This document shows positions 19,444 to 29,148 of a stretch of DNA of 64,000 nt, piece by piece; position 1 is the stretch's first letter; the number at the start of each line of letters is the position of its first letter. A program made the translations under genes and the position numbers. The stretch is from an uncultured Thermococci archaeon. Lineage in GTDB: Archaea; CAYQAE01; CAYVLA01. The stretch is taken from NCBI GenBank assembly GCA_964549615.1, contig CAZJVP010000090.1:17418-81417 (forward strand), written 5' to 3'. The notes under the pieces were generated by a model. It was not told where the DNA came from, searched no databases, and was given only the letters and a program-made list of their open reading frames with translations.

Positions 19444-20652
19444 CTAGACCCTCATTGCGTCGATGGCGGGCATCGGCTCCCCGCCAAGGTAACTGATCAG
19501 GGCCCCGCCAGCGAGGCTCACGTAGGAGAACTGTTCGTACGTGAAGCCAAGCTTTTGTATCGAATCCACCGTGCTGCCGCCGCCCAGCAGGGAGAATGCC
19601 TTCGACTTTGTCATCGCCGCGTATATCTCCTTCGTGCCCAGGTTGAACTGGGGGTCCTCGTACACCCCCGCCGGCCCGTTCATCACGATCGTCTTCGCCT
19701 TCATTATCAAGTCGGTGTAGAGCTTTATCGTCTTTGACCCAATGTCGAATATCTCCAGATCGGTCGGAAGGCTCGATACATCGATGTCCACCCTCTTGCC
19801 TTCCCTTGAGGCCGCCACGTCGACAGGCGTCACGATCTTCTTGCCGTGTCCTGCAATCAGATCCTTGGCCTTTGGGACGAAGCCCAGGAAGCCCTTTGCG
19901 GCGAAGAACTTCTGATCCTTTGGGCCGGTGTCGACTCCTTTGGCAAGGAGGAATATCCTGCCTATCACGCCGCACGTCAAGACGGTGTCTATGCTGCCCC
20001 TCTCAAGCCCGTGCGCCATCACCTTGAATGCCTCGTCAGGCTTCAGGCCTCCCAGGATGTAAAGGCAAGGCTTCTCGGGGTTCTCCATTGCCTTTGACAG
20101 GGACGAGATCTCTCTCTCCATCGTCCTTCCCAGAGCCTTAGGAAGCTTGACGGCAAAGCCCACGAGCGATGCTTGCGACCTGTGAGCGGCGGAGAAGGCG
20201 TCGTTGACGAAGAGGTCGATCAACGGGGAGAGCTTCCTCACCAGGAAGCTCTCGGCGTGCTGCTCGGGAGTCCGATTGAGCGTCTCCTCCGCAAGGAACC
20301 TGACGTTCTCCAGCAGGAGGATCTCGCCGCTCTTGAGTTCGTTGATCGCCTTCCTTGCGGCGGGCCCGAACACATCGTCTATGAACTTCACCTTCCTGCC
20401 GGTACATTCCGAGAGCAGCTTGGCATGGTGCTGCAGGGAAGTGAAGTCCTCATCGCCCGCCCTGCCCTGGTGGGCCATCACCACGGTCTTCGCGCCCTTC
20501 TTGGAGAGTTCCTTCAGCGTCTCTGCTGCCGCCTGTATCCGCTCGCTCATCTGAGGAACGCCCTCATCATCAAGGGTCGTGTTGATGTCGATTCTCACAA
20601 GCACCGTCTTCTTGGAGACATCGTAGTCATCGAGGGTCTTGAATCCTTTCAA
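19444..20652 (-). CDS. pgk: Phosphoglycerate kinase
   Basis: VRIDIN, AHQGR, LLENVRF, NDAFSAAHR, NGPAGVYE, SLAGGA. Confidence 0.97.
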   Translation of the reverse strand: MKGFKTLDDYDVSKKTVLVRIDINTTLDDEGVPQMSERIQAAAETLKELSKKGAKTVVMAHQGRAGDEDFTSLQHHAKLLSECTGRKVKFIDDVFGPAARKAINELKSGEILLLENVRFLAEETLNRTPEQHAESFLVRKLSPLIDLFVNDAFSAAHRSQASLVGFAVKLPKALGRTMEREISSLSKAMENPEKPCLYILGGLKPDEAFKVMAHGLERGSIDTVLTCGVIGRIFLLAKGVDTGPKDQKFFAAKGFLGFVPKAKDLIAGHGKKIVTPVDVAASREGKRVDIDVSSLPTDLEIFDIGSKTIKLYTDLIMKAKTIVMNGPAGVYEDPQFNLGTKEIYAAMTKSKAFSLLGGGSTVDSIQKLGFTYEQFSYVSLAGGALISYLGGEPMPAIDAMRV

Positions 20653-20753
20653 GCCAATCCACCTTGCCGCTGGACGCCCAAAATTAGCTGTTGGAGAGGA
20701 CGAGTTGGGCGCTCGAATTACATATAAATAGTTTGCAGGTCGGGCCGGTCGAG

Positions 20754-21251
20754 ATGATGGTGGGCCTGATCAGCGACACCCACGACAACCTCCCGATGGT
20801 CGACAAGGCGCTGCGCCTCTTCAAGAGCGAAGGGGTGGAATGCGTGCTTCATGCCGGGGATTGGGTTGCTCCTTTCACGGCGAAGAAGTTCGGCCAGTAC
20901 GCGGGAAAGCTCTTCGGAAGCTACGGCAACAACGATGGAGAGGTTCTCGGGCTCTCGAAGGTCTTCAGGGAAATGGATGCCGTGGTCAGAGGGGAGCTCA
21001 CGGAGCTTGAGCTTGACGGCGATCGGGTGGCCGTCATACATGGAACCTACCCGGCCCTCGTGGATGCCGTGGTTGGCTCCGGGAGATTCTCCACGGTGGT
21101 ATCCGGGCACTCCCACATGCCTGTCATCGAGAGAAAGGGCGACGTGCTGTGGGTCAACCCAGGGGAGGCATGTGGCTACCTCTACGGCCGCCCAACGGTC
21201 GCGTTGCTGGATACGGCTGATCGCAAAGCGAAGATTTGCGACCTGCAATGA
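20754..21251 (+). CDS. Metallophosphoesterase (YfcE/MJ0936 family)
   Basis: SDTHDN, HAGD, GNND, HG, GHSH, NPGE; TATAAATA at 20723-30. Confidence 0.9.
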   Translation: MMVGLISDTHDNLPMVDKALRLFKSEGVECVLHAGDWVAPFTAKKFGQYAGKLFGSYGNNDGEVLGLSKVFREMDAVVRGELTELELDGDRVAVIHGTYPALVDAVVGSGRFSTVVSGHSHMPVIERKGDVLWVNPGEACGYLYGRPTVALLDTADRKAKICDLQ

Positions 21252-21279
21252 GGCTCCGGTCTGTTCGTGGCGGGGCACC

Positions 21280-22644
21280 ATGGAGAAAAAGGAGATAGTG
21301 AACAAGTTCCTGGATAAGGGGATACTCCTCCAGCCAGAGGCCCTTGAGAAGGCCTTGAGGCTGCCGCCCGAAGTATTGGACGGCGTAATCTCGGATCTCG
21401 TAGCACGCGGGATCGAGGTTGCGCGGGAGGCGGACTTGGAGCCAACCATGCTGCCCAGGCCCGAAGCCTCGGCGGCCGAGATCGAGATCCTCCAGGAGGT
21501 CAGTGGAACCTACTCTGATTCACGGATAGACTACCTGAAGCACTTCCAGAATAGATTCGATCGACTGGCGTCCTTGGTGAGGAAAAGATCCGGCTTCGAG
21601 GCGAGCCGAAGCATCGCCGAGATCAGATCGGGCGGTCCCGGGAGCGTGACCACCGTAGGGATGATATGCGACCGAGCTTTCACGTCGGCTGGACACATGG
21701 CCCTCATGGTGGAGGACGGCACGGGCCGCATGAGGGTGCTTGTACCGAGTAACCAGCCTGCGATGCAGACGGCCAGGACCCTGGTGCTGGATGAGGTGAT
21801 CGGGATCAAGGGAAGCTATGAGCCGGGAAAGAAGATCCTTGTTGCGAGGGAGATAACATCGCCAGATATCGAAGAACAGAACGGGCCCCTAGCCGCGCAA
21901 AGGGTCTACGCCGTCTTCTTGTCCGACATCCACTTTGGCAGCGAGGACTTCATGTCCGAGGCATTTTCCGCATTCGTGAACTGGCTGGCCGGGGGCTCCG
22001 CCGACGCCGATCTCAGGCAGATTGCCGCGTTGACCCGCTACGTGGTCATCTGCGGCGACCTCATCCAAGGGGGTTCGGATATTCTGGACAAGTACGCGCG
22101 TTTGGCCTCCGTCCTCCGTGCAATACCGCAAAACGTCCTGATACTGGCAATACCCGGGGAGCAGGATGCCGCGGGCATGCTCGAGCCGCAACAAGGATTC
22201 CTCGAGGAAGCACTGAAGGCCTTCTCGGGGCTCAAGAACTTCCGCCACGCGAGCAACCCGTGTATGGCCCGTCTTGCCGGGGTGCCGGTGTTGCTCTACC
22301 ACGGAAGATCGCTGGAGGACTGGGCATCGGCCCTGGGGATCCACCAGCCGTGTGAGCTGCTGAGGCAGATGATGGTGAAGAGGCACATGGCCCCGATTTA
22401 TGGATCAGCGGTGCCGCTGGCACCCGTGGGTAGGGATCCCTTCCTGATCGGGGAGGTCCCCCGCATCTTTCAGGCGGGCCACACACATAGGAAATGCTCA
22501 TCGAGTTACAAGGGAGTTCTGCTCCTCAGCTCTCCTTCCTGGAAGGCGTCCGACAGGGAGGCGGGAGCCGGCACGGTGTACCTGGTGGATCTCTCCAACC
22601 TGGAAAGCAGGGAGATCAGTTTCGTCGGAGAACGGCGCTCGTGA
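21280..22644 (+). CDS. DNA polymerase D small subunit DP1-like, with altered catalytic motifs
   Basis: HFQNRF, OB-fold EDGTG...LDEVIGIKG, SDIHFGS, YHGRS, RHMAPIYG, GHTH. Confidence 0.85.
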   Translation: MEKKEIVNKFLDKGILLQPEALEKALRLPPEVLDGVISDLVARGIEVAREADLEPTMLPRPEASAAEIEILQEVSGTYSDSRIDYLKHFQNRFDRLASLVRKRSGFEASRSIAEIRSGGPGSVTTVGMICDRAFTSAGHMALMVEDGTGRMRVLVPSNQPAMQTARTLVLDEVIGIKGSYEPGKKILVAREITSPDIEEQNGPLAAQRVYAVFLSDIHFGSEDFMSEAFSAFVNWLAGGSADADLRQIAALTRYVVICGDLIQGGSDILDKYARLASVLRAIPQNVLILAIPGEQDAAGMLEPQQGFLEEALKAFSGLKNFRHASNPCMARLAGVPVLLYHGRSLEDWASALGIHQPCELLRQMMVKRHMAPIYGSAVPLAPVGRDPFLIGEVPRIFQAGHTHRKCSSSYKGVLLLSSPSWKASDREAGAGTVYLVDLSNLESREISFVGERRS

Positions 22645-23932
22645 TTTCCTCTACCTTCGCTCTCTCTTCTCTTCCGGTCGTCATGTCTCGAAGCGTTACC
22701 AGCCCTTCCTTGAGGTCCTGTCTGCCGACGATTATGGCGTACTTGTGGCCGGCCCTGTTTGCTGACTCTAGGCTTTTCCCAAGCTTCCTTCCCGTGACGT
22801 CCACCACAGCGGCCACCCCGGATCGTCTCAGGCGCGAAGCGATGGCCATCGCGTCGGGCATCTCTTCCTCCGATACCGGGCAGACACATGCAGTCGGAAC
22901 GAATGCCAAATCCTTAGGAAGAAGGCCCTTGGATTCGAGGGAGATTATAAGCCGCGCGGTGCCTCCGGCGCAACCGACCGCTGGGCAATCGCGGCCGTAT
23001 ATTCCGACGAGTCCATCGAACCTCCCGCCGCCGAAAACCGCTCCCAGATCCCTGTCCCCTGTGTCGAAGCACTCGAAGACGAAGCCGGTGTAGTAGTCGA
23101 GCCCCCTGACCAAGCTCAGATCGAAGACGATCCTGTCCAATCCCATCGATCTTTCAAGGATCCTGCCTATCCGCTCCATCCTATCGATGGCCGGACAGTT
23201 CTTGATCTTTGGGTGGCTCCTCAGGAGCTCGCAGACCTGGAATAACCCTCCCCTCACCGAACAGAACTCAAAGACCTCGTCAACCGCGGAAGTGCTCAGG
23301 CCCAGCTCCTTCAGCTGCCTGCGCATCTCATCCTGGGAGATCTTACCCTTCTTGTCCATAATCCTCAAGACCTCGGCTCTATCTATCCCTTGGTCCAATG
23401 TGCGCAGGAAAGCATCAAGGATCTGCCTGTCGTTGACCAAGATCTCGTAGCTCGACAACCCCAACGACTCCATGAGTCGACAGCCCAGCTCCACGACTTC
23501 CGCGTCAGCCGCAGGGTTCTGCGTCCCAAAAATCTCCACGTCCCACTGCTCCACGGATCGATATCGGCCATACTGCGGTTCATCGTAGCGCCATACGTTG
23601 GAGATCGCCGCAAGCCGGATCGGCTTGGGCCAGTCCGGGTTGCTCGCAACCATCCTTGCCATGCCCACTGTTAGATCGAAGCGCAGCGCGAGGCGTCGCC
23701 CACCCTTGTCCTCGAAGGCGTATATCTCCTTCTCTATCGCCGGACCTGCCTTCGCGAATATCGTCTCTATCTTCTCTATGTGCGTGGGCTCGACGAGGCT
23801 GTAGCCGAAGAGCCTCAGCATGCGCCTCAGCCTGTCGTACACGTAGTCCCTCTTTGCCATTGCCTCGGGAGTGATATCCCTCATTCCCCTTGGCGGTGTG
23901 AACTTGGCTTTTCTGTCCTTCTTCGTCGGCAC
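22616..23932 (-). CDS. hisS: Histidine--tRNA ligase
   Basis: PRGMRD, LRFDLT, WRYDEPQYGRYR, VRGLDYYTG, GGGRFD. Confidence 0.96.
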   Translation of the reverse strand: MPTKKDRKAKFTPPRGMRDITPEAMAKRDYVYDRLRRMLRLFGYSLVEPTHIEKIETIFAKAGPAIEKEIYAFEDKGGRRLALRFDLTVGMARMVASNPDWPKPIRLAAISNVWRYDEPQYGRYRSVEQWDVEIFGTQNPAADAEVVELGCRLMESLGLSSYEILVNDRQILDAFLRTLDQGIDRAEVLRIMDKKGKISQDEMRRQLKELGLSTSAVDEVFEFCSVRGGLFQVCELLRSHPKIKNCPAIDRMERIGRILERSMGLDRIVFDLSLVRGLDYYTGFVFECFDTGDRDLGAVFGGGRFDGLVGIYGRDCPAVGCAGGTARLIISLESKGLLPKDLAFVPTACVCPVSEEEMPDAMAIASRLRRSGVAAVVDVTGRKLGKSLESANRAGHKYAIIVGRQDLKEGLVTLRDMTTGREERAKVEEITSAVLRRN

Positions 23933-24045
23933 GCCCAGTCAACTCCAGGCAGAGGGCACGCAGCGATTAGGGAAGAGTCAACCGGCCCGTTTGATATCTG
24001 TTTCTCGCAACGGCCACGATCGGGGGTGACCGACGGCCGGGTTCA

Positions 24046-25257
24046 TCAGGGTCTGAACCACGAGATCTCGTAATAATCGTTCTCTCTTCCTTCGAGCTTT
24101 ATCTTTCTCGTCAGATAGTAGCTTATGTCGGTCTCCCTGTCGACCACGGCGATGAGGAGCCGCAAACCCTTCCTCTCGGCCTCCCTGAGCGCGCTGCCGA
24201 ACTCTAGCCCGCTCATGCGGAGGGTCTCGGGAATCGTGATGCACAAGAATGTGGGCTGGTTCTTGCCAGGCTCCTCAACCCCGTCTTTCGTTCTGTGGTA
24301 GAGGAGGAGATCGGCCCTCTCCGTCTCATCGTAGTCGTCCTTCGACATCCCGGGGACGCCGAGTATGAAGGTCTTCCGCACGCTCTGGGAGAGCCGAATG
24401 ATCCTGCCCCACTCGCTCATGAGCATGCTGTAGGATTTGGGGAAGACGTGCAGGATGTGCTTGGAATGCACCCACTTATCTTTTCCAGTGCCGGCCCCCG
24501 GGAAGTAGATCCTGAAATGCGCGCCGAACTTGAAGCCGGTCTTCACGATGTAACCTGACATCCTCCAGTCCTCGTAGACCTCCAAGAGATCCGCCATCCC
24601 CGGATGCCTGATCAAGGCGAATTCCAGCAAGGCCTGGCAGGATATCTGTTCGCCGCTTGAAGCATCCACGACCTTGACGGAGTTGGGGTACTGCCTTGCG
24701 AGGTGAAGGGTCTCGATGAGGTCAAGCGAGAGGTTCTTCCCCGCCTTTTCCTGCTTGTACTTGCCGAGCTGTCCGATCCAGCTCTCATAGTACAGCTTCT
24801 CCGCTGCGTCCTGATCGAAGATCATCGACATTTCGGCCTCGCGAAAGAAGTAGCAGGTGACTTGGGGGATTTCCGGCAGCCTAACTCTCTCGGTCGGGTA
24901 TGAGATCGATTCGGACTTTCGGCAGCTGAGCTTCTTGGGGGCCCTATCCATCTCGACCGGGTAGACCCCCCTGTCCCTCCAATCACGGTAGACGATATAC
25001 TTCGGCAGAATCTCCGGATCACGCCGTACCTCTTCGAGCAGGAGTTCGCCGAACGAGATCTCCCTTCCTGCCTCGATCAGCCTGAAGTTCCTGCGCTCAA
25101 TGAGGTACAGCACCTCTATGGGGGAGAGGCGACCCTTCTCGTCGCCGAAGTGCTTCTCCCTGAGCAGCGTGGCGCCCTCGCCGGGCTGAGGAACCGTCAC
25201 CCCCTTTGACCTGATGAGGATCGCTTCCGGCTCGCTCGCCTCGCACTCACCGCTCAT
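24046..25257 (-). CDS. endA: tRNA splicing endonuclease, probably three-unit (epsilon2-like)
   Basis: LSPIEVLYL...VYRDWR unit; catalytic KTGFKFGAHFRIY...HSK, SVRK; C-terminal IAVVDRETDISYY and ISWFRP. Confidence 0.88.
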   Translation of the reverse strand: MSGECEASEPEAILIRSKGVTVPQPGEGATLLREKHFGDEKGRLSPIEVLYLIERRNFRLIEAGREISFGELLLEEVRRDPEILPKYIVYRDWRDRGVYPVEMDRAPKKLSCRKSESISYPTERVRLPEIPQVTCYFFREAEMSMIFDQDAAEKLYYESWIGQLGKYKQEKAGKNLSLDLIETLHLARQYPNSVKVVDASSGEQISCQALLEFALIRHPGMADLLEVYEDWRMSGYIVKTGFKFGAHFRIYFPGAGTGKDKWVHSKHILHVFPKSYSMLMSEWGRIIRLSQSVRKTFILGVPGMSKDDYDETERADLLLYHRTKDGVEEPGKNQPTFLCITIPETLRMSGLEFGSALREAERKGLRLLIAVVDRETDISYYLTRKIKLEGRENDYYEISWFRP

Positions 25258-25380
25258 AGTTCAGGCAAAAAATTTATGTTGCGCTTTAAAGATATCCCTT
25301 CGGGCTAAGCGTTGGTTCCCAAGAAACGTGACGGCAGCGCCACCGCGCAAACCCTCGTGGCGAAGCGAACCCTCGATCCG

Positions 25381-25860
25381 ATGGATGCGCTGACTGAGGA
25401 GAACCGCATGGTTCTAACCTTCTTTGCCTCGGAGATCGCGAGGTTCCTCGAGGCGGGAATCAACAGGCGGTTGGAAGATATCGAGTACCGGATCCGAGAG
25501 ATGCCGCTGAGGAACGTGGCAAGCGAGGACGCGAAGGTCGTCAGGGAGATACTCCGGCTCTTCTCCAGATACAAGCTGTTCAGGATCCTGCGGGCCCTCG
25601 CCGCGTTCGCATCGGAGGACCGCGAGTTCACGAAGAACAGCCTGATACGTGTCGCCGGCGTGGGTCAAGGATTCCGCCGGGATGGGCTGGACAGGCTCAT
25701 CGACGTCCTATGTTCCAGGGGGCTTCTTCTCGAAGTTGGAAAACGGGGAAGGGGCATCGTGTTCTGCGCAACCGGCATCGGAAAGGAATTCCTGCGCCTC
25801 TACGTTCCGAAGACCACCCCTCAATCGAGTCCTTTGCCCGACGACGGGGGACGGGGATAA
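25381..25860 (+). CDS. Hypothetical protein with C-terminal winged-helix-like region
   Basis: FTKNSLIRVAGV...LIDVLCSRGLL...FCATGIGKEFL; TAATG coupling to npdG; start uncertain. Confidence 0.55.
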   Translation: MDALTEENRMVLTFFASEIARFLEAGINRRLEDIEYRIREMPLRNVASEDAKVVREILRLFSRYKLFRILRALAAFASEDREFTKNSLIRVAGVGQGFRRDGLDRLIDVLCSRGLLLEVGKRGRGIVFCATGIGKEFLRLYVPKTTPQSSPLPDDGGRG

Positions 25861-26519
25861 TGAGGATAGCTTTGGTGGGAGGCACGGGGGCCCTCGGCAC
25901 GGGACTCGCCGCAAGATGGGGCGAGAAACACGATGTTCTGCTGGGTTCCAGGAGCTACGACCGAGCAAAGATGGCAAGCGACAAGGTGAGATCGATGATG
26001 GCCGATCAGAATATCAAGGTCAATGTGGAACCGCAAGAGAACTACCACGCACTCGTCAAGTCCGAGGTCGTCGTCCTATGCATCGCATACGAGCAGGCCT
26101 TGGCCACGGTCAGGCAGTTGATGGCCGGGTTCAAGGACCAGGTGGTCATATCTCCGCTGAGCCCCATGATGCCGACCAACGATGCTTTTCAGTACGTCAG
26201 GCCCGTGGAGGGGTCGGCCGCGATGCAGCTACGCCGGCTTCTTCCGCGGGATGTCGAGCTTGTCTCAGCCTTCCAAGGACTTCCGGCATCCAAACTGCTC
26301 GACGTGCGGAGGACCATCAATTTCGACGTCCCCGTGTTCACGGACTCCGGGGCAGCGCGCAAGAAGGCCTTCGACCTTATCAGGGACATCAAGTATCTCA
26401 GGCCGTTGAACGGAGGGCCGCTGGAGTTGGCCCACCTGGGGGAGATGATGGGCCCGCTTTGGAGAAGCATAGGTTCCCTCAACAAGATGAAGGACCCGTC
26501 GTTTAAGTTCCTGGAGTAA
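25860..26519 (+). CDS. npdG: F420-dependent NADP oxidoreductase
   Basis: MRIALVGGTGALGTGLA, LGSR, GSAA, VSAF, GPLE. Confidence 0.85.
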   Translation: MRIALVGGTGALGTGLAARWGEKHDVLLGSRSYDRAKMASDKVRSMMADQNIKVNVEPQENYHALVKSEVVVLCIAYEQALATVRQLMAGFKDQVVISPLSPMMPTNDAFQYVRPVEGSAAMQLRRLLPRDVELVSAFQGLPASKLLDVRRTINFDVPVFTDSGAARKKAFDLIRDIKYLRPLNGGPLELAHLGEMMGPLWRSIGSLNKMKDPSFKFLE

Positions 26520-26579
26520 GGAGAGTCTCCAGAATACATTTAACGCAACCGCCAACCGACGCACTTCGAAGGGACCAAG

Positions 26580-27800
26580 TTGATCAAGGTCGCCAAGTTC
26601 GGCGGCACGAGCATAGGGACGCCCGCCAGGCTTCGCCGCGCGGCAAGATCGATCCAGAAGCAGGTGGCAAGGGGCGACCAACTCGTTGTGGTTGTCTCGG
26701 CAATGGGACAAACGACAGACCAGCTCCTACGCCTGGTCGGGGATCTGAAGGTCAACCTTCCCGACATGGCCATCGACGAGATCCTGTCGATGGGGGAGAG
26801 GCTGAGCGCGAGGCTGCTCTGGGCCCTGCTGGACGCGGCCGGCGTGAATTCGGTTTTCCTCGATCCCTCCATGCCGGAATGGCCAATAGTCACCGACAGC
26901 AACTTCCGCAAGGCAAAGGTCGATCTCAAACGCACCCTGCAGAGGTGCAAACGCTACCTTCTTCCCCTCGTCAGGAGCGGGTGCGTTCCGGTCATCTGCG
27001 GGTTTCTCGGCAGGGATCGGGAGGGCAGGACCACGACGCTGGGTAGGGGCGCGAGCGATCGCACGGCATTCCTGCTGGGGTACTGTCTGAATGCTGACGA
27101 GGTCATCATCGTCACCGACGTGGACGGCGTCATGTCGGCCGATCCGAGGATCGTAAGGGATGCAAGGTTGATCAGGTCAATCAAGTTCGAAGAACTCTGG
27201 AACCTGAGCGTGGGGGGCGCGCAGGTCCTGGAGTGGGGTGCCCTCAGCTTCAAACTGCCCAATCAGAGGGCAAAGATCATACACTACAGAAGAGGCGATC
27301 TGGATTCAGGAGGAACTGAGATATTGGGTTCGCCAAGTTCGGATCTGCGCGTGTCGCTCCACGACCGCCCCGTGACCTCGGTCACGGTCGTCGGCGAGCG
27401 CATGAGCCAAGTACCCGGCCTGCTTGCCCGCTTCTCCGAGGCACTGGCCACCGCCGATATCAACGTCGTCGGCGTGAGCACCGGCAGTTGGTCGATCAGC
27501 TTCTTCGTCGAAAGCGATCGGAGCGAGTCAGCGGTGAAAGCGCTGCACAGCGTGATCTCGGGCCCTGCAAAGGCGGTGACGAGCGGCGAGCGGTGCGCCA
27601 TGATAACCATCGCGGGCGGCAAGCTCATCTATACGCCGGGGATCATCGCGAGGGCACTTCTCCCGCTCGCGCAGAGCAACGTGAACGTCGTTGAGGTTTC
27701 GACGAGCAAGGCGGAGATCACCGTTTTCGTGAAATGGGCTGACCGGAATACAGCCCTTCGGCTCGTCGAAGATTCCTGTTCCAAGGTCGATCTTTCCTAG
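26580..27800 (+). CDS. lysC: Aspartate kinase
   Basis: KFGGTS, VVSAMGQTTD, GERLS, TTLGRG, TDVDGVMSADPR, two ACT domains. Confidence 0.93.
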   Translation: MIKVAKFGGTSIGTPARLRRAARSIQKQVARGDQLVVVVSAMGQTTDQLLRLVGDLKVNLPDMAIDEILSMGERLSARLLWALLDAAGVNSVFLDPSMPEWPIVTDSNFRKAKVDLKRTLQRCKRYLLPLVRSGCVPVICGFLGRDREGRTTTLGRGASDRTAFLLGYCLNADEVIIVTDVDGVMSADPRIVRDARLIRSIKFEELWNLSVGGAQVLEWGALSFKLPNQRAKIIHYRRGDLDSGGTEILGSPSSDLRVSLHDRPVTSVTVVGERMSQVPGLLARFSEALATADINVVGVSTGSWSISFFVESDRSESAVKALHSVISGPAKAVTSGERCAMITIAGGKLIYTPGIIARALLPLAQSNVNVVEVSTSKAEITVFVKWADRNTALRLVEDSCSKVDLS

Positions 27801-27821
27801 GAAGTCGGCGCCCGCCGGACT

Positions 27822-29063
27822 TCACAGGCGCCTCGTCTGGATCGAGTCCTCACGAAAGCTGGTTCTACCCACGTCCCTATACAGGGCACGTTGAAACATG
27901 AGAGTCCAGACCGCCACGCCCACGACAAGCGAGACCCCCGTCACAGCCAGCCATTCGGAGACGTACACCCAAAGAAGCGCGTCCCTCTTAACCTGCTCGG
28001 CCACCGCCTCAGCCTCGGCCATCAGGTCGAGCGCTGACTTCGCCTCTCCCAAGGCCTGGGCGAACTCCTGCTGAAGATACAGGTCGGCGGCCTTCCTCTG
28101 CGCCTCCTCGCATTGCCGCAGGACGACGAGAACCCTTCTCGGGTTCGCGCCGAAGCCCTCAACGAAGTCCAAGAGACCGGCGACCAGCATCCTTCGAAAC
28201 CCCAAGCTTGCAAAGGCCGCCCTGACATCGTGAACCATCCTATAGTCCTGCGGCACGGCCCTCTTCGAGCAGTACAGCATTAGGTTGGTGACGAAGTCAG
28301 GGAGGAACTCCCACTGCAGGAAGAGAACGCCTCCTCCCGGCGTCCAGTCGCCGGTCATGGCGAAGACCCGGCCATTCCCATCGTAGTCCCACACGGAGAA
28401 GAAGGGATTCTGCCAGCCGACGTAGCGACCCCGGTCGATCGTGCTGATGGCTAGGACATCGCTTCCATCTTTCGGCATGACGACGTTGCAGGCATAGTTC
28501 TGCAGGAACGGAAGATCCGGGCGCCACGGCAGGCTCCCGATGAACTCGTTCCCCATGTCAACGATCCTTGTAGGACCACCCTCGTAGACCCCCCTGATGG
28601 TTGCCACGGGCAGCACATCCCCCACGGGGGTTGGCCCCCACTCCGGGTGCTGTCCGTTTGTGCCGTAGGTCTCGTGCCCCCCGACCATGACAAGGCCCAT
28701 GCCGGACTCGGACACCGCCCTCTTGAACCAGACCAGTTGGTCCCCAGAGAAGCTGGCAACATTGGAATCGCTTATGATCAGCACGTCGTACGTCCCTACG
28801 AGTTCCTCGTAGGAACGGGGCATGTAGACCCGAATGGCTCGCAGGATGTCCTTCTGCGAAATGCCGGCATAGTGGTCACGGGAGGCTTGGACGGGCGTGA
28901 CGGCCAGAAACGGTTCAACCCTCATGTGGATGTACGGAGTTTGCCCAGGGTACGGGTCTCCCGTATAGAGAACTCTGACCTTGGACGGATCTTGAGCGGC
29001 TGCTACGCCCCAGGTCAAGGCGCAGACGGCGATGAGGCCGTTCAGAAGCGCGAAGCGACCCAT
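27822..29063 (-). CDS. Membrane-anchored paralog family protein, copy 5
   Basis: Signal peptide, KVRVLYTGD, RVYMPRSY, GMGLVMVGGHETYG, DFVEGFGAN, ALLWVYVSEW-TM-LMFQRALYR. Confidence 0.85.
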   Translation of the reverse strand: MGRFALLNGLIAVCALTWGVAAAQDPSKVRVLYTGDPYPGQTPYIHMRVEPFLAVTPVQASRDHYAGISQKDILRAIRVYMPRSYEELVGTYDVLIISDSNVASFSGDQLVWFKRAVSESGMGLVMVGGHETYGTNGQHPEWGPTPVGDVLPVATIRGVYEGGPTRIVDMGNEFIGSLPWRPDLPFLQNYACNVVMPKDGSDVLAISTIDRGRYVGWQNPFFSVWDYDGNGRVFAMTGDWTPGGGVLFLQWEFLPDFVTNLMLYCSKRAVPQDYRMVHDVRAAFASLGFRRMLVAGLLDFVEGFGANPRRVLVVLRQCEEAQRKAADLYLQQEFAQALGEAKSALDLMAEAEAVAEQVKRDALLWVYVSEWLAVTGVSLVVGVAVWTLMFQRALYRDVGRTSFREDSIQTRRL

Positions 29064-29148
29064 TAGGACCCCTAGCCAAGCAAGAAGTGCTCGCCGCCAC
29101 GGGCTTAAATGTGGCCCACCGGCGCTCCCGGCCGGTGGGCTTGAGAAC

